Shown here one piece after another: positions 22,724-30,975 of a stretch of 32,108 bases of DNA. The DNA comes from Thermoplasmatales archaeon SW_10_69_26 (GTDB lineage: Archaea; Thermoplasmatota; SW-10-69-26). Position 1 is the stretch's first letter; every line of letters starts with the position of its first letter. The DNA is taken from positions 25,460 through 57,567 of the forward strand of contig PXUB01000005.1 in the NCBI GenBank assembly GCA_003009755.1. Reading direction: 5' to 3'. Position numbers and translations under genes: made by a program. The notes under the pieces were generated by a model, which saw nothing but the letters and a program-made list of their open reading frames with translations, was not told the origin of the DNA and did no database searches.

Positions 22724-25237
22724 TTATCCGACGAAGCCTTCCTGGATGATGCCGGAGTCGGGGGCCGGCGGGGCGTCCTCCTGATCGTCGTTGCGGCTGG
22801 GGTCGTTGTCGAAGGGGTCGACGTCGAACCACGTGTGCTGGCCCTGGCCGAACGGGTAGGGATCGTCCCCGGGCTGGAAGGTGGGGAACATCTCGCTGCC
22901 CTGCAGCGTGCCGTCGCTCGAGGGCACCCGGAAGGTGTACATCGTGACGATCGTGTCGCCCTTGCAGTCGGACGAGCAGTCGTGCAGGAACTGCAGGCTG
23001 CTGTCGAAGTTCCCGCTGGGGCCGCTGCACTGGCCCTGGAACGTGGCCCGGTTGAGGTTCTCGCCGGGGACGACGACGCCCGGGGCATCGCGGCCGAGCT
23101 CGTCCGTGACGTAGCTCCCGAGCTCGTCGACGAGGACGTCGACCTCGGTGTCGAGCGGGTTGGCGTTCGCCTGATCGGGCTGGTATAGCTCGCGGGCCGC
23201 GTGGCTCATCATCAGGTAGATGTTGTTCCCGTCGGCGTAGGGCACGGTCTGGCCCGTGGAGGGCTCGACGAAGGTCGTCGGCTCGTTGAGGTACACGGCC
23301 TGCACGAGGCCGGTCTCGACACCGTAGCCGAGCGATGCCATGCCTTGCGGCATCCGGCGCTCGCCGATCTCGCAGCCCTCGCTCTCGGCGGGCTCGTAGC
23401 TGTCACCGTCCTCCTGGGCCCACATGTTCCAGATCATCGGGTAGGCCCCGCTCTGGACCGGATCCTGGTCGTTGTACTTGACGCCGGCCTCGAGCTGGTC
23501 GTACTCGCCGTCGTCGTCCTTGTCGGTGAAGATGCCGACCTTGCCGTTCGTCTGGTAGAGGCTCGGACCCGGTCGGTTGCTGGCGTCCTGGCTGTCGTCC
23601 GAGGTGCCGTAGGGACCGACGCGGCGCTCGATGCGCTCGTCGCTCACGTACGTGAGGCTCGCGTCCGCGTCCTGGACGGCCTGAGCGCGGCTGTCGAGGT
23701 AGTCGATCCACGGGTCGACAGTCTCCGGCTCCTCCTGGGCGAACAGCTGCTCGCACGCGCCCGTCAGGTCGCGCTTGAGATCCTCGGTCGGGAGGTTCCC
23801 GTCCTCGAAGGTGCGGCTGGTGTCGTCGACGGAGCCGATCGGGTCGGCGTTGTTCGGCTCGAGCGTGTCCTCGCGGACGACCGCGCTGGTCTCGGCCGGC
23901 ACGGGCAGGTCGCTGGGGAGCTGGCTCGTGGGATCACCCAGCGCCTCGGCAGCTTGGCCGGTGCGCTTCTCGGCGACCGCGTCCGCGTAATCCCACGCCT
24001 CCGGCACGGCGGCACCGGCCTGGGCGGAGCTCACGGACCCCGCCGTCGTGAACACGTCGAGCTCGTGGGCCAGGAACGGGTGCTCGAAGGGCCCGTCGGG
24101 GCTGAACGAGAAGCCGGGCTCCTGGGCGCCCGAGCACTGGGAGTTGTGCGGTGCGATGACCCAGTGGAAACGGATGTAGTCGGTCTGCCCCTCGGGGCCG
24201 GCGAGCGTCGAGCCCGGTACGACGGGCGCGCTGTTCCCGCCGGGGATCTCCGGGTCGGTCAGGCCGAGGCAGAAGCAGGCCTCGTAGTACCAGGCCGGGC
24301 CGTTGGACTGACCGCAGACGTAGGTCGGGGACTCGCACTCGTCCTCGTAGCTGTCGAACGTCAGGTCGCGTTCGCTATCCGTGCTGTAGAAGTTGAAGGC
24401 GAACTCGCAGTTCAGGCCGGCGGCGCCGGGGCCGACAGTCGTGAACCGGAAGTCCGGCGTGTAGCCGCACACGGCGGGCTCGCTGGCGGGGTTGAGCTTT
24501 CCGTTCTTCTCCTTGGTCTTGACGATCTGGTTGAGGTTCTCCTGCGTGATCGTGTTCCCTTCGCCGTCCTCGATGTAGGCGATGAAGGACGTGGAGAGGG
24601 TCGGGACCCACCAACCGTTCATCTCCCAGACCCCGGTGTTCTGTTGGACCGTGCGGCCGGGGTCGGCGTAGTGGGCCCGGACATCGTGCTCGCGGCCGCG
24701 GTCGGAGGGTTCCTTGTCGTCGGCATCGTTCGGCCGGTCAGTCAGGCCGGCCGCAGCGCCAGCGGTGTGGACGGCCTCGAAGGCTAGGTCGCCGCCCGCG
24801 GGCTGGCCCTCGCCGTCCGGGCAGAACGGCACACAGGTGCCTGCTGCCGAGCCGACGGTGTTCGCCCGGATCACGTCGAAGCTATCGATCGCCGGGATTC
24901 GCAGATCTTGGTCGGGCGGGCTGGTCTGCGTGAGCTCGTTGTTGTCCTCGTGGTAGACGAGCATCCCGCAGAACCCGTCCGCTGAGAGCGCAGCTTGCGC
25001 CTCCTCGGTGGAGACCTCGCTACTGGGGTCGTGACACTTCTCGGAGGGGGTCGTTCCCACACCGTAGGGGGTCTCCCAGGTGTCTGTGGAGGTCCCGGGG
25101 ACGGTGCGGCTGTCGGTGGTCTCCTGTGGGGACGTCCCGATGCTGTCCCGCGCGCCGGCGCTGAAGTGGTTCGCCATCGCGGCGGGCATCGATCCGATGA
25201 CTAGCGCTAGACAGACGACAAGAGCGAGTCTCTTCAT
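22724..25237 (-). CDS. Secreted acidic Cys-rich protein of unknown function (837 aa)
   Basis: SD gggagg 8 nt before ATG; signal peptide MKRLALVVCLALVIGSMPAAMA; 16 Cys in the mature part; DKDDDGEYD Ca-loop-like motif. Confidence 0.85.
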   Translation of the reverse strand: MKRLALVVCLALVIGSMPAAMANHFSAGARDSIGTSPQETTDSRTVPGTSTDTWETPYGVGTTPSEKCHDPSSEVSTEEAQAALSADGFCGMLVYHEDNNELTQTSPPDQDLRIPAIDSFDVIRANTVGSAAGTCVPFCPDGEGQPAGGDLAFEAVHTAGAAAGLTDRPNDADDKEPSDRGREHDVRAHYADPGRTVQQNTGVWEMNGWWVPTLSTSFIAYIEDGEGNTITQENLNQIVKTKEKNGKLNPASEPAVCGYTPDFRFTTVGPGAAGLNCEFAFNFYSTDSERDLTFDSYEDECESPTYVCGQSNGPAWYYEACFCLGLTDPEIPGGNSAPVVPGSTLAGPEGQTDYIRFHWVIAPHNSQCSGAQEPGFSFSPDGPFEHPFLAHELDVFTTAGSVSSAQAGAAVPEAWDYADAVAEKRTGQAAEALGDPTSQLPSDLPVPAETSAVVREDTLEPNNADPIGSVDDTSRTFEDGNLPTEDLKRDLTGACEQLFAQEEPETVDPWIDYLDSRAQAVQDADASLTYVSDERIERRVGPYGTSDDSQDASNRPGPSLYQTNGKVGIFTDKDDDGEYDQLEAGVKYNDQDPVQSGAYPMIWNMWAQEDGDSYEPAESEGCEIGERRMPQGMASLGYGVETGLVQAVYLNEPTTFVEPSTGQTVPYADGNNIYLMMSHAARELYQPDQANANPLDTEVDVLVDELGSYVTDELGRDAPGVVVPGENLNRATFQGQCSGPSGNFDSSLQFLHDCSSDCKGDTIVTMYTFRVPSSDGTLQGSEMFPTFQPGDDPYPFGQGQHTWFDVDPFDNDPSRNDDQEDAPPAPDSGIIQEGFVG

Positions 25238-25344
25238 TCCGACATCCTCCCTGCGTCGACCTCCCGTGGGTCGAGCTGCCGAGGGAGGCCTCGACGGGTA
25301 CTTACGCGTTGGGGTTCAACTCGAGGGGTCAAAGCGTCGAGCTG

Positions 25345-25404
25345 GGAGGGAGAACGGGCGGAGAAGGAGGAGCGGAGGCCGCGGGCCCGGGAAGGACCCG
25401 CGGC
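25345..25404 (-). terminator. Hairpin plus pyrimidine-rich tract after the 482-aa gene
   Basis: Minus strand gccgcgggtcc-ttccc-gggcccgcggc (25404-25378) followed by ctccgctcctccttctccgcccgttctccctccc. Confidence 0.6.
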
Positions 25405-25430
25405 GGTTGGAGAGGGACCGGACCGGCCCC

Positions 25431-26879
25431 TCAGCGGACGTAGTGGACGATCTCGACGTCGGTCTGACCGCCGATCCCGTTGCCGTCCATCGTGACCTCG
25501 AGATCGCCGTCCGTGAACGCCTCGGGGTAGACCGCGTGCTCGCTGTACGTCGTGGCGCCGAAGCTGTTGAACGACTGCTCGTAGTGAAGCACCGTGCCGG
25601 CATCACCGGTGGCGGTCACGTTGCGCTCCATGCCGGCCACGTCCCGCGTGTAGGCCGAGATCTCGACGAGCGCGCCGTCCATCGTCGTGTTCCAGGCGTC
25701 CTCGTTGCCGTCGAGCGTGGCCTGCTGGGTCTTTACCTCGAGCTCCTCGGCCGCGGGGGCGTCGGCGGCGGGCACGAACACGTTCACGGGGGCCTTTTCG
25801 GGGGAGACCTCGTCGGCGTAGACCACGTAGGTGCCCGCCGAAGGCAGCTCGACCGTGGTCACGGTCGCGTTGGAGCGCTCCTCGCCCTCGTTTCGCTCGC
25901 CCCAGTCGTAGTCCTCGCTGTGGCCGATCTCGACCTGCTCGACGAGACGGTCGCTATCGTTGTACACCATCAGGTCGGCGTCCGTCCGGGCGTCCGTGAG
26001 GAACACCAGCTCGGAGCTGGAGGCCGTGCCCACCTCGACGGCTTCGCCCTCGGTGACCTCGGCGACGACCTCGCCATCGTTCTCGTCGGTGTAGGTGGTC
26101 ACGTTCTCCTCGGTGGGCTCGGGCTCGGCCGGCGTCTGTTGAGGCTCGAACGTCTGCTCGACGAACACGAGCTCGCCGTCGAACTCCCCGGCGCTGGCCT
26201 GCACGTCGTAGGTGCCGGCCGCGAGGTTGCTCGAGGTGAACGTCGCCTCGCCGCCACGGACCGTCTCGTCGCCGGTCGTGTTGGCGCGAGCGTCGCTCAG
26301 CTCGTACACCGCACCCTCGTCGCTGGCCACGGTGGCTTCCAGGCCCTCGATGTCGCCGCTGTACTCGAGGAACACCGCGGCCGGGCGCTGATCGACGCGG
26401 AAGGCCACCTGCTCGTCGAGCGCGCCGCCGTCCTGGTCGGCGACCACGGTGCGCTCCTCCTCGACGGGGATCTGCTCGAGCTGGGCGTCCTCGGCGTCCT
26501 CGCCCTCGTATTGGACGGTCAGCTCGGCGTTGTTGCGATCGGTCACGAAGAGGACCCAGGGCCCGGGCTGGTCCAGGATCGCCTCGGCGTCGTCGCCGTC
26601 GCCGGCGAGCGCGAACTCGGTGAAGAACTCACCGGAGGCATCGTACAGCGCGAAGCTGGCCGTCGGCTCGTCGGCCGTGGCCTGGTCGGCGTCGAGCGCG
26701 AACCGCACGCGCTGGTCCTCCTCCTCGACGGGCATCTGGAAAGCTTGGCTGTCGGACACGGTGCCGACGGTCGCGTACTCGGCGCCGCTCGTGCCCGCCG
26801 CCACCAGGAAACCGGCGATGGTGCCGATCACCAGGATGGCTGCGAGGCCGAACGAGCGCTTGCGTGTGTTACCGGTCAT
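25431..26879 (-). CDS. Secreted or N-anchored beta-sandwich protein of unknown function (482 aa)
   Basis: MTGNTRKRSFGLAAILVIGTIAGFLVAAG leader; repeated beta-sandwich-like motifs (QPGPWVLFV, LAAGTYDVQ, PSAGTYVVY); acidic. Confidence 0.8.
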   Translation of the reverse strand: MTGNTRKRSFGLAAILVIGTIAGFLVAAGTSGAEYATVGTVSDSQAFQMPVEEEDQRVRFALDADQATADEPTASFALYDASGEFFTEFALAGDGDDAEAILDQPGPWVLFVTDRNNAELTVQYEGEDAEDAQLEQIPVEEERTVVADQDGGALDEQVAFRVDQRPAAVFLEYSGDIEGLEATVASDEGAVYELSDARANTTGDETVRGGEATFTSSNLAAGTYDVQASAGEFDGELVFVEQTFEPQQTPAEPEPTEENVTTYTDENDGEVVAEVTEGEAVEVGTASSSELVFLTDARTDADLMVYNDSDRLVEQVEIGHSEDYDWGERNEGEERSNATVTTVELPSAGTYVVYADEVSPEKAPVNVFVPAADAPAAEELEVKTQQATLDGNEDAWNTTMDGALVEISAYTRDVAGMERNVTATGDAGTVLHYEQSFNSFGATTYSEHAVYPEAFTDGDLEVTMDGNGIGGQTDVEIVHYVR

Positions 26880-26885
26880 CCTCTC

Positions 26886-28412
26886 TCACCACGCCGGGCA
26901 TCGGCGGGGGAGGGTATGAACAGATTGGAGACGTTGTTGAAATGGCGGGAGTGGCCGGCCAACCCCGGGGTTCATGTCCTTGCCGGGGTCGAGGTCGAGC
27001 CCGATCTCGGCCGCGCTGTCGACGGCCGCGCAGGCGAGGTGGTCCCCAGCGGTGATGTCGATGTTGAACAGCGCGTTGTCCGAGGCGGCAGCGTTGGCGG
27101 CCACGGTGGGCCAGGCTTCGCTCGGAGCGACGATGTACCCGAGCTGGTCGTTGGTCAGGCCTTGGATGAAGTGGGCGCGGGCGTCCACGTGCTCTTGAAC
27201 GAAGAAGTGGGCCTCGGGATAGATCTCGCCGGGGGCACCCCAGAGCAGGACGTCACCGACGCTTGCGGTCGTGACGAGGGTCCGCAGCACGTTGCCTGCC
27301 TGCCAGGGCGGGAGCGGGTCACGCTGGATCGGTACACACGTGAACGTGAGTACCGGCACCTTGCAGCCTTGCTCGCCGGCGGCGGTGAGGCCCGTGAGCG
27401 CGACGTTCCAGCCTGTCAGCGTGACCATGTCGGTGTCCGAGTCGACCTCGGGCTCGACGATCGGATCGCCGTGCTCGATGGCGAGCACGACGCGGTCGGT
27501 GAGCGCCTCGACCCACTCCTCGTCAGTGTCGATCCCTCGCGGGTGTTCGACCTCCTGCGTTCGCCCGATGGCACCGACGGCCACGACGGCGGGGGCGTTG
27601 ACGCGCTCGCTGACCTCCTCGGCGACCATCCCGGGCCAGTCGGGGTGGATGCCGTTCGCGCTTCCCTTGAGGACGGGGTGCGCAGCGAATTCACCGTAGA
27701 CGCCCTCGATCTCGCCGGTCTCGGCGTCCTCGGCGGCCAGGACGCGGATCGGGCGATCGAGGCTGTTGACGAGAGGGGAGGAGAACTCGCTGTACTGGAA
27801 CTTGCCGCCGTCCTGGATGCCGACTGTGACGTGGTCGGGGTCGTCCTCTGCGATCTTGGTGTCGGCCTGCTCGTAGGCTGCCTCGATCGCGGCCTGCGTC
27901 TGGTTGGCGACGTACCAGGCGTACTCGTCCGGGACGAACCCCCAGGCTCCGACGGTGTCCGGGGAACGGTGGCTGTGGTCGCTGGAGATCATGACATCGT
28001 CGCGCGTCAGGTCTGTGTTGTCGCTGACGCGCTCGATGACGTCCCACGAGCCGTAGTCGCCCGCGCGGTAGGAGGAGAACATCCCCTGGACCTCTACGCT
28101 GGCCAGCGCGACCGCGTCCTCGCCGTCGGAGATCACGGCCGCTCGGGCACTGATGGGCGACGAGATACCCTCGGACAACCGCCCGGGACCGAGCCCGAAG
28201 CCGCCCAGGTAGACGTTGCCGTCGCCGTCCTCGCCGATCCCAGGGTAGGGGCTGATGTCCCGGACCGCGAACCCGGTGTAGAGGTCGGCGGCCTGGGACC
28301 CCTCGTCCCCGGTCGGATCCGCATCGACGGTCGCCTGTCCGAGCGCAGGGATGGGGGCAACCGACAAACTGACGGCGAGGACGATGCAGACGGCTGTCTG
28401 ACAGCGGACCAT
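26886..28412 (-). CDS. Secreted neutral/alkaline ceramidase-like metallo-amidohydrolase
   Basis: SD gggagg plus ATG 28412; signal peptide; ISARA, SSDHSHRSPD (cf. ATHTHSGP), FAAHP, GAIG, PGEIYPE and GLTNDQLGYI. Confidence 0.75.
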   Translation of the reverse strand: MVRCQTAVCIVLAVSLSVAPIPALGQATVDADPTGDEGSQAADLYTGFAVRDISPYPGIGEDGDGNVYLGGFGLGPGRLSEGISSPISARAAVISDGEDAVALASVEVQGMFSSYRAGDYGSWDVIERVSDNTDLTRDDVMISSDHSHRSPDTVGAWGFVPDEYAWYVANQTQAAIEAAYEQADTKIAEDDPDHVTVGIQDGGKFQYSEFSSPLVNSLDRPIRVLAAEDAETGEIEGVYGEFAAHPVLKGSANGIHPDWPGMVAEEVSERVNAPAVVAVGAIGRTQEVEHPRGIDTDEEWVEALTDRVVLAIEHGDPIVEPEVDSDTDMVTLTGWNVALTGLTAAGEQGCKVPVLTFTCVPIQRDPLPPWQAGNVLRTLVTTASVGDVLLWGAPGEIYPEAHFFVQEHVDARAHFIQGLTNDQLGYIVAPSEAWPTVAANAAASDNALFNIDITAGDHLACAAVDSAAEIGLDLDPGKDMNPGVGRPLPPFQQRLQSVHTLPRRCPAW

Positions 28413-28476
28413 GTCAAGCCTCCCCACAGGGAACGGCGCGGTCTCAAATAAGCATACCGGGCCGTAAAGAGAGCCA

Positions 28477-29106
28477 TCAAGCCTTGCGCCCGTACACGTG
28501 CAGGCTGCCGTGCTCGGCTCGCCAGCTCTCGCCCTCCCCCGAGCGGACGCGCGCGGTGCCGACGTCGGTGAACCCGGCCTCGGTCAAGCGTGCCTCCCAG
28601 CCCTCCGGCGACAGCCGATGCATGTCCACGCCCGTCTTGTCCGGCCAGCCCTCGCTGGCCGGGTTGCCCTCGTAGTAGTCGACGAGCGCGTGCAGCTCGC
28701 CGCCGGTTTCGGCGACACGGAAGGCCTCGGCCAGGGCCTGGTCGAGGTCCTCGGCGTAGTACAGCGCCTCCATGCTGAACAGGAACGCGAACGATCGATC
28801 GGCGAAGGGCAACCGCTCGAAGCTGGCCTGCACGAGGCCCGGCGCCGGCTGGGCCTCCCGGGCCCGAGCCAACATCTCGGGGCTCACGTCGACGGCGACG
28901 GCGCGAGCGCCGGCGGCCTGCGCCCATCGGGCGGCCCAGGCGTTGCCGGCGCCCAGGTCGAGGAAGCGATCGTCCGCTGCTGGGGTCAGCTCCTCGAGCA
29001 CCGGGCGCGCGCTGAGCCCGTGCCGGTCGGCCATGCCCTCGTCGCGGCCCGCCTGGGCCCACTCGTCGAAGACGCGAGCGACCTCTTGGGAGTGCTCGGT
29101 GCTCAT
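28477..29106 (-). CDS. Class I SAM-dependent methyltransferase
   Basis: FLDLGAGNAW motif I, AVDVSPEML, LPFADRSF and FSMEALYY. Confidence 0.9.
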   Translation of the reverse strand: MSTEHSQEVARVFDEWAQAGRDEGMADRHGLSARPVLEELTPAADDRFLDLGAGNAWAARWAQAAGARAVAVDVSPEMLARAREAQPAPGLVQASFERLPFADRSFAFLFSMEALYYAEDLDQALAEAFRVAETGGELHALVDYYEGNPASEGWPDKTGVDMHRLSPEGWEARLTEAGFTDVGTARVRSGEGESWRAEHGSLHVYGRKA

Positions 29107-29114
29107 GGCAAGCC

Positions 29115-29492
29115 TCAGGCGTCCAGCAGGCCGGCGACCTCGGTGGGATCCTCGCCGCGGCGCAGCTCGTCCACCCGGTCCCGGATCTCGTCCAGCCCAG
29201 CCACTCCTTCCGGGCCGGCGACGACGACCGTCTCCTCGATCGAGGCCTGCGAGCGGACGCCGACGAAGCAGACGTGGTGCTCGCGGCTCTCGTAGGCGTG
29301 CTGGGCGTAGGCGACGTCGTCCAGGGCCTTTCGGATCCGTTCCCGCACCGGTTCGGGCAGCGCCTGCGGCTCGGCCGTGCTGGGTCCCGACCCTCGCGGC
29401 GTCGGCGACCCGGTGCGCAGCTCGTCGACGGCGGCCTGCACGCTGCCGGGCTCTTCGGGGGTCGGGCTCGCCTCGTCGCTGCTCGTGCTCAT
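29115..29492 (-). CDS. Hypothetical protein (125 aa)
   Basis: ATG 29492 overlaps the upstream stop (ATGA); MSTSSDEASP...ERIRKALDDVAYAQHAYESREHHVCFVGVRS...; host-like codon use; 8-nt gap to the next gene. Confidence 0.7.
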   Translation of the reverse strand: MSTSSDEASPTPEEPGSVQAAVDELRTGSPTPRGSGPSTAEPQALPEPVRERIRKALDDVAYAQHAYESREHHVCFVGVRSQASIEETVVVAGPEGVAGLDEIRDRVDELRRGEDPTEVAGLLDA

Positions 29493-30325
29493 GAGTGGTC
29501 CTCCATCGTCTCGATCACGGTCTCGAACTCGGGGTCGCTGGCGACCTCGGCCGGGTCCGGAGGGGAGCGCCAGCGGCCGCGGGCACCGGCGACCTGGGCC
29601 AAGGCGTCGAACACGCTCTCGGCGTCGGCGCTGGCCTGCCCACCGGTGTGCCGGCAGGCCTCGTCGAGCGCCGGCAGGCCGCGCTCGGCGACGGCGAACA
29701 GGTGCGCGCCGGCGCGGGCGACGTGCAGCGCCGATCCCAGCGGGTCCTCCACGATCAGGTCGCCGTCGGTCACGAGCACGATCGCTCGCGGGCCCTCGTC
29801 GGCGACCTCCAGCAGGTCCAAGGCGCGGTCGAGGCCCTGCGAGGGGTCGAAGGTCCCCTTGGGCTCCACGCGGTGGATCACCGCCCCGGACAGCGTCTCG
29901 GGCGAGGCCAGCTCCTCGATGTGCCGGGTCTCGCCACCTTGGACGACGATGCCGGCCGAGGCCAGAAACGAGCGGCCGTTCATCAGGAACGCGTCGATCA
30001 AGCTGGCGGCGCGTTGGTAGGCCGTCGGCTCGCCGTCGGTCCCCATCGTGAGCGAGGCGTCGACGACGATCGCCAGGTGCAAGGGACCCTCGCCCGTGGA
30101 GGGCGGGACGGTGACCTCGACCTCGGTCCCCTCGCCGACCTCGCCACCCGGCGGGTCGACCGACTCGACCGTGAACCGGGGCCAACCCGGCAAGGCCACT
30201 CGCTGCCCGGCCCGCAGCTGGCGGCCGACGAGGTGGCGGGCTAGAACGTCGGCGAACCCCTGGCTGGCCGTCGGCAGTTCGCCGGGCCGGAAGACGAGGG
30301 AGACGGCGCGCGCCCGCTCGACCAT
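29489..30325 (-). CDS. vWA-domain protein with N-terminal CDC48 N-domain (Nc/CDC48_2)-like module
   Basis: vWA MIDAS elements LAIVVDASLTM, KGT and IVLVTDGD; N-terminal ARAVSL...FADVLARHLVGRQLRAGQRVAL...FTVESVDPPGGEVGEGTEVEV. Confidence 0.8.
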   Translation of the reverse strand: MVERARAVSLVFRPGELPTASQGFADVLARHLVGRQLRAGQRVALPGWPRFTVESVDPPGGEVGEGTEVEVTVPPSTGEGPLHLAIVVDASLTMGTDGEPTAYQRAASLIDAFLMNGRSFLASAGIVVQGGETRHIEELASPETLSGAVIHRVEPKGTFDPSQGLDRALDLLEVADEGPRAIVLVTDGDLIVEDPLGSALHVARAGAHLFAVAERGLPALDEACRHTGGQASADAESVFDALAQVAGARGRWRSPPDPAEVASDPEFETVIETMEDHS

Positions 30326-30379
30326 CTTCCCCCGCGTAGGGTTGCAGGCTCAAGGGCTTACCGGTCGCGGCCCCGGGAC

Positions 30380-30973
30380 TCAAGCCTCGCGGCGGAGCTC
30401 GACGAGGCCCAGCGTCTCGAACCGGCCCACGGCGACCTCGTTCACGCGGTGCCAGGCGAGGGCGGCTCGGCGCGCGCGGGCCTCCAGCTCGTCGACGGGT
30501 TGGCGCGAGGAGACGACCAGCCATGCCCGGCCCTCGGCGGCCAACAGGTCCGGCAACCGATCGAGGAACCGCTGCGTCAGGGCGGTGCCCCGTCGGCCGC
30601 TCTCCAGGGCCCGCCCGATCGGACCCCCGAGGTGGTCACCGCCGGCGGGCAGGTAGGGAGGGTTGCAGGCGATGCGATCGAAGCGCGCGGAGACGCCGGC
30701 CGCGAGGTCCGTGCAGACGACGGCGAGATCCAGATCGTTGGCGCGGGCGTTGCGTCGGGCCAGCCGGCAGGCGACGGGGTGGACGTCGGTCGCCACCGTC
30801 GCGGCGCCCCCCCGAGCCAACCGCAGCGCAGCCAGCCCGGTCCCGGTGCACACCTCGAGGGCCCGGTGCTCGGCGCTGGCGGTCACGTTGCTGGCCAGCA
30901 ACATCGAGTCCTCGGCCGGACCGTACACCCGCTCGTCGCCGTGGATCGTCAGGCCCAGCAGCTCGCGAGCCAC
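30380..30973 (-). CDS. HemK2/Mtq2-family (release-factor glutamine) methyltransferase
   Basis: VYGPAEDSMLLA, LEVCTGTG, ACNPPYLP; SD gaggag then GTG 30973; conserved position after ksgA. Confidence 0.88.
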   Translation of the reverse strand: MARELLGLTIHGDERVYGPAEDSMLLASNVTASAEHRALEVCTGTGLAALRLARGGAATVATDVHPVACRLARRNARANDLDLAVVCTDLAAGVSARFDRIACNPPYLPAGGDHLGGPIGRALESGRRGTALTQRFLDRLPDLLAAEGRAWLVVSSRQPVDELEARARRAALAWHRVNEVAVGRFETLGLVELRREA

Positions 30974-30975
30974 GG

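Noticed and set aside
30380-30973. NPPY-containing methyltransferase as a restriction-modification DNA methylase
   Set aside because: The VY.PAEDS.LL N-terminus, small size and position after ksgA identify the HemK2/Mtq2 protein methyltransferase.
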